NCBI GenBank assembly: GCA_963785235.1
Contig: CAWAUM010000002.1
Location: 128,001 to 192,000 of the forward strand
Origin: an uncultured delta proteobacterium
GTDB taxonomy: Bacteria; Desulfobacterota; Desulfomonilia; UBA1062
Direction of reading: 5' to 3'
Length of the DNA stretch: 64,000 nucleotides
Both the position numbers and the translations under genes were made by a program. Below the pieces are notes generated by a model. That model had not been told where the DNA came from and did not search any database. It saw nothing but the letters and a program-made list of their open reading frames with translations. Shown here piece after piece: positions 59,804-64,000 of the stretch (positions within the stretch are counted from its first letter, which is position 1; the number at the start of each line of letters is the position of its first letter).

Positions 59804-62368
59804 ATGAAAAAGAAGATATCCAGCATATACCTGAGATACTCCATCTGGTTGACTGCATTAACCGTTATTGTCCTGATAGTCCTCCTTGCCCTGACCGTTT
59901 ACTATGTGCGCGAACGGGCCATAATAGAGCTTTTCAGCGACCAACAGGCATTTATTGCAGGCCATACGGCATCCCGTATAGAGGAGTCTATTGCCAAGGG
60001 TGAGAAGGGCGTGAGCATGCTCTTGAAGCTGTTATCCACTCAAGGAGCGGGCGAGTTGAGGAAACAAGAGGAGATAAAGACCCTTTATAATGAACTCAGG
60101 GAAAACGTGCTCACCATTTTGGAGATAGATAAGAATGATGTTGCTGTCTATGGATATCCGGAAGATATTTCATCAAGGATGTATGGGAAGAAAATAGAAG
60201 ACTTTGCCCTCTACCATGTACTGAAAAAGATGAATCAAAGATTTATCGGAGAAATCAGAGGCTTAAATATCATAGACAACAAAAACCAGTCATCTCAAGG
60301 TAAGAATATTGGAATTGGTCTGCCTGTTATAACCTCGGGCGGCACCTATGCCGGGGCGATATTGGCAATAATCTCTCCTGAGTTACTCATCAAGCGATTC
60401 ATATCCCTCAATCAAACCCGCACTATGAATATGTACTGGTTGGTTGATGAATCAGGTGCCATAATCTATCATCCCGACCAGGCCAGTATAGGAAAAAATA
60501 TTGCGGAATTGACGCCCCAAGGAAATGCGCCTTTTAAAATGTTTTCTTACACATCGAAACACTACAGCGAGATGACTCTTAACCAGAAAGACAAACAGGA
60601 AAAGTGCATTATTGCCTATTCCCCCATCCGTATAGGCATTGCAAAGTGGTGGATCATTCTCGTTACCCCCTATGAAGATGTCTTAAAACCTATTCGCAGT
60701 GCATCGTTAAACATTATTCTCGGTGCAATAGGCCTTATTACCGTTGTCATCATCACAGCCATATCCATTGCCCGTTCCGATGTAAAACGATTCCGGCTCA
60801 AAGAAGAGCTTAAACGGCTACAGGAGCGGGAGGTATGGCAGGGAAAGCTTTTGCGCGAGAAGATGACCATTGAAGGGATCGTTGAAGGATCCCCGGTCCC
60901 TATGTTTGTGCTGGATCAAGATCATAAGGTTATCTTGTGGAATCGCGCATGTACTGATCTTACCGGGTACAGCGCAGATGAGATGATCAACACGGATAAT
61001 TACTACAAGCCATTCTATGAAGACAAACGACCATTCCTCCTTGACTTCATCATCGATGGCAATGTGGAGGACTTTGAAGCATTTTATGGTGAAGGCAAGG
61101 TCTTGAAATCCGAATCCATCAAAGGGGCATATGAGGCAGTAAAATATTTTAAAAACTTAAGTGGTAAAGAACGACACCTGCATTTCCTTGCTGCTCCGAT
61201 TTTCGATGAAAAAGGCGAAATTGTTGCTGCCATAGAGACCTTTCTCGATGTATCAAAAGAAGTGGAGCTCACGAAGAACCTCCAGGAATACGCTGAAACC
61301 CTTCAAAACGAACTGGATGAGAACATCAGGCTTACGAAAGAGGTGGAAGAGCTCTATAGTTATCTTCAGAGCATATTGAACAGTCTGCCTGATAAGATTT
61401 ATGAGCTGAATAAAGACGGCATTATCAATTATGTCAGCAGGCAGATACGCAGAGGCACGTACGATCCAAAGGGAAAACCCTTCACGGAATATGTGGCCCC
61501 GGAGCACAGGGCTTATGTCATCTCCAAATGGGAGGATGCAAAAAGAGGGATTTTTAAACCCTATGAGCTTGAGATGCTCAGCAGAAAGGGCACAAGGAAA
61601 CATCTCCTGATGACACCAAGCCCTGTAAAGGGCACTGATAGATTCGTTCTGGTGGAGCGGGATATTACCGAACTGAAAGACCTTGAAAAAAAATATTATG
61701 AAAGTCAGAAACTCGCAGCTATTGGTCAATTATCAGCAGGGATTGCCCATGAAGTGAGAAATCCTCTTTCGTCGATAAAAATGAGCCTGCAGATTCTGGA
61801 AAAACGCATGAAGCCTGAAGGCAATGACCTTAAGCGATTCAAGATTGCCCAAAGAGAGGTCGAGCACCTCGAGAAGCTTGTCAGCGATGTACTCATTTAT
61901 GCAAAGCCCACAGCCCCCCGTAAAGATCCGTCTGATTTAAGGTCAATCATTGAGAGTGCCCTTGCCATGGTTGAAAAATCTCTTGAAGACAAGGCTATTG
62001 ACCTGCAGAAAATATATGCACCCGGCAATGATATTATCCCTGTGGATTCACAAATGATCAAACAAGCGCTTATCAATATTTTTCAGAATGCTATCGATGC
62101 AATGGAGCCGCAGGGAAGGCTCTCTATCGGTTTGCGCAAAGAAAATGAATCCCTCCTCATAGAGGTTGATGACAATGGTTGTGGGATAGATGAGGAAGAT
62201 ATCCCCTACCTGTTCAATCCTTTCTTTACCAAGAAGAATTATGGAACCGGCCTTGGTCTTACCCAGGTTAAGAAAATCATTGAACAGCACAATGGAGAAA
62301 TAGAGATAATAAGCAAAAAAGGGTTAGGCACACGATTTATCATTACCCTCCCAACGGGTGTTACATGA
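59804..62368 (+). CDS. Cache-PAS-PAS sensor histidine kinase
   Basis: Two TM with dCache-like YWLVD.SG.IIYHP/AYSPI; two PAS; AHEVRNPL, NAIDA, DNGCG, FNPFFT, GTGLG. Confidence 0.93.
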   Translation: MKKKISSIYLRYSIWLTALTVIVLIVLLALTVYYVRERAIIELFSDQQAFIAGHTASRIEESIAKGEKGVSMLLKLLSTQGAGELRKQEEIKTLYNELRENVLTILEIDKNDVAVYGYPEDISSRMYGKKIEDFALYHVLKKMNQRFIGEIRGLNIIDNKNQSSQGKNIGIGLPVITSGGTYAGAILAIISPELLIKRFISLNQTRTMNMYWLVDESGAIIYHPDQASIGKNIAELTPQGNAPFKMFSYTSKHYSEMTLNQKDKQEKCIIAYSPIRIGIAKWWIILVTPYEDVLKPIRSASLNIILGAIGLITVVIITAISIARSDVKRFRLKEELKRLQEREVWQGKLLREKMTIEGIVEGSPVPMFVLDQDHKVILWNRACTDLTGYSADEMINTDNYYKPFYEDKRPFLLDFIIDGNVEDFEAFYGEGKVLKSESIKGAYEAVKYFKNLSGKERHLHFLAAPIFDEKGEIVAAIETFLDVSKEVELTKNLQEYAETLQNELDENIRLTKEVEELYSYLQSILNSLPDKIYELNKDGIINYVSRQIRRGTYDPKGKPFTEYVAPEHRAYVISKWEDAKRGIFKPYELEMLSRKGTRKHLLMTPSPVKGTDRFVLVERDITELKDLEKKYYESQKLAAIGQLSAGIAHEVRNPLSSIKMSLQILEKRMKPEGNDLKRFKIAQREVEHLEKLVSDVLIYAKPTAPRKDPSDLRSIIESALAMVEKSLEDKAIDLQKIYAPGNDIIPVDSQMIKQALINIFQNAIDAMEPQGRLSIGLRKENESLLIEVDDNGCGIDEEDIPYLFNPFFTKKNYGTGLGLTQVKKIIEQHNGEIEIISKKGLGTRFIITLPTGVT

Positions 62369-62434
62369 GGATGAACTCGCTGACAAAAGAGAATATGATC
62401 AAATCAAACAACAAGGAGAACGAGGGCCGGTAGC

Positions 62435-63814
62435 ATGCCGAAGATACTTGTCATCGATGATGATAGCTCGATCCGCGAGACACTGGACCTTTATCTGACA
62501 GAAGAAGGGTACGATGTCTATACAGCACCCACAGGGACGGACGGCCTCAACACATTCACCCAACAATCGCCTGATGTAGTCATCCTGGATATCAGGCTTC
62601 CTGATGTAAACGGTTTTATGATCCTCGAAGATCTCAGAGAAGAGGATGAAAACGTAAAGGTCATCATGATTACTGCCCATCATGACATGGAATCAACCAT
62701 CAAAGCCATGAAGGAAGGTGCCTTTGACTACATCCACAAACCAGTGGATGTCAATGAACTGGATATCGCTATTAAAAAGGCCATCCATGCATTAGAGATG
62801 GAGAAAAAGATAAAGGGTCTTCTTGTTGAGTCCTCACGGGATTACAAGGTCGGCGACATCATTGGTGAAGGCCCCGGGATGAGGGAGATCTTCAAGACAA
62901 TCGGTGTGGTATCTCAAAGCAGAACCCCGGTGCTTATTCAAGGCGAAAGCGGAACAGGCAAAGAACTCATTGCCAAGGTTATTCATAATAACACCGCTGC
63001 GGATGAACCATATATCGGAATAAACTGCTCTGCAATTGTAGAGACCTTGCTTGAATCAGAGCTGTTCGGCCATGAGAAGGGGTCGTTTACCGGGGCCATC
63101 ACGCGTAAACCCGGCAAATTCGAGCTGGCCCGCTATGGCACGGTATTCCTTGATGAAATTAGCGAGATGTCTTTGAATCTTCAGGCAAAGCTCCTTCGGG
63201 TCCTTCAGGAGAGGGAATTCGAGCGTGTAGGCGGGAAAGACCGGATCAAGGTAAATGCCAGGATCATTGCAGCCACAAACAAAGACCTCCGGGCAATGGC
63301 AAAAGAAGGGCATTTCAGGGATGATCTGTATTACCGACTGAACATCGTTACCATATTTATTCCGCCGCTCAGGGAAAGAAGAGAAGACCTTCAACCGCTT
63401 ATCAATTATTTATTATCCAAGATTAATTTCGATCTCCATAAACATATCGCAGGGGTTTCCGATGATGTGCTCGAGATCTTCAGACAGTATAGCTGGCCCG
63501 GTAACATCCGGGAGCTTGAAAACCTCCTCGTTCGTGCGGCAGTAGTTGCCAAGGGGCAGGTCTTGATAAAGAGCGACTTTCCAGACCTGAACGAGACTGC
63601 CGGGTTCCAGATAACAAGGGAACCAGAGGTGGATTACAGCCATGATGCCTTGGGCAGAATCCTCACCCTCGATGAAGTCGAAGAGATGCATATAAGGAAA
63701 GTGATCAGAGAAACAAAAAAGAACAAAGGCGAGGTCTGTGATATCCTGGGGATCTCCAGGCCGACATTCGAGAGAAAACTTGAGAAATACAATATCCAAT
63801 TTGAACGTGACTGA
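62435..63814 (+). CDS. NtrC-family sigma54 response regulator
   Basis: IDDD..LDIRLP..KP receiver; GESGTGKE, GSFTGA, WPGNIREL, Fis HTH. Confidence 0.95.
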   Translation: MPKILVIDDDSSIRETLDLYLTEEGYDVYTAPTGTDGLNTFTQQSPDVVILDIRLPDVNGFMILEDLREEDENVKVIMITAHHDMESTIKAMKEGAFDYIHKPVDVNELDIAIKKAIHALEMEKKIKGLLVESSRDYKVGDIIGEGPGMREIFKTIGVVSQSRTPVLIQGESGTGKELIAKVIHNNTAADEPYIGINCSAIVETLLESELFGHEKGSFTGAITRKPGKFELARYGTVFLDEISEMSLNLQAKLLRVLQEREFERVGGKDRIKVNARIIAATNKDLRAMAKEGHFRDDLYYRLNIVTIFIPPLRERREDLQPLINYLLSKINFDLHKHIAGVSDDVLEIFRQYSWPGNIRELENLLVRAAVVAKGQVLIKSDFPDLNETAGFQITREPEVDYSHDALGRILTLDEVEEMHIRKVIRETKKNKGEVCDILGISRPTFERKLEKYNIQFERD

Positions 63815-63858
63815 TGCCTATGATAATCCCGGATTATAGAAAGAGGGGCTTCGCAGCA

Positions 63859-63999
63859 TTACACCCTATCAATCCCGGTTACCCCTTTGAGTTTTCTGAT
63901 CTCTGTAAAAATTTTATCTAGCTCCCGGAGATCCTTAACCATAACCCTGAACACGCACCTTGAGTGCCCATCCGGAAGGGAGGAGACGTTCAGCTTGGT
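63859..63999 (-). CDS. 3' end of a RelA/SpoT (p)ppGpp synthetase/hydrolase (ACT domain), partial
   Basis: Minus frame reads TKLNVSSLPDGHSRCVFRVMVKDLRELDKIFTEIRKLKGVTGIDRV-stop, typical of the long-RSH C-terminus. Confidence 0.7.
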   Translation of the reverse strand, partial: TKLNVSSLPDGHSRCVFRVMVKDLRELDKIFTEIRKLKGVTGIDRV

Positions 64000-64000
64000 G

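Noticed and set aside
1-64000. CRISPR arrays, tRNA/rRNA, IS elements, prophage
   Set aside because: No regularly spaced repeats, cloverleafs, transposase, integrase or phage structural genes were recognised; long antisense ORFs (e.g. 19726-20526, 30006-30803, 44581-45381) are shadows of real genes.

Overview
Chromosomal window from an anaerobic Gram-negative bacterium; gene content suggests a Desulfobacterota/Syntrophales-like deltaproteobacterium (inference). Housekeeping genes (hisD, cca, yggT-divIVA-yggU, smc, moaA, split metH, pdxST, relA/spoT 3' end) flank several accessory modules. (1) A ~13 kb AT-richer block (~2.6-15.5 kb) in which a stand-alone CheB is divergent from a PAS-sigma54 activator, followed by a general-stress gene array (CsbD x2, BON, DUF748, small membrane proteins) behind two homologous sigma54 promoter/enhancer cassettes. 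(2) A PerR-rubrerythrin-thiol redox cluster. (3) An acyl-CoA catabolic cluster combining LvaA/LvaC-like enzymes with an AbfD-like dehydratase. (4) An orphan ATP synthase c subunit apparently co-transcribed from a consensus sigma54 promoter with a Cache-domain membrane protein that has no output domain, near a Cache-PAS kinase/sigma54 regulator pair. Modules 4 and 1 are the best candidates for undescribed systems. Many genes have promoter-to-start spacing typical of leaderless mRNAs. About ten frameshifts, mostly single-base insertions and including hisD and cca, are most likely sequencing errors. No rRNA, tRNA, CRISPR array, integrase or transposase was recognised. All family calls are from motif recognition by eye, not database searches.
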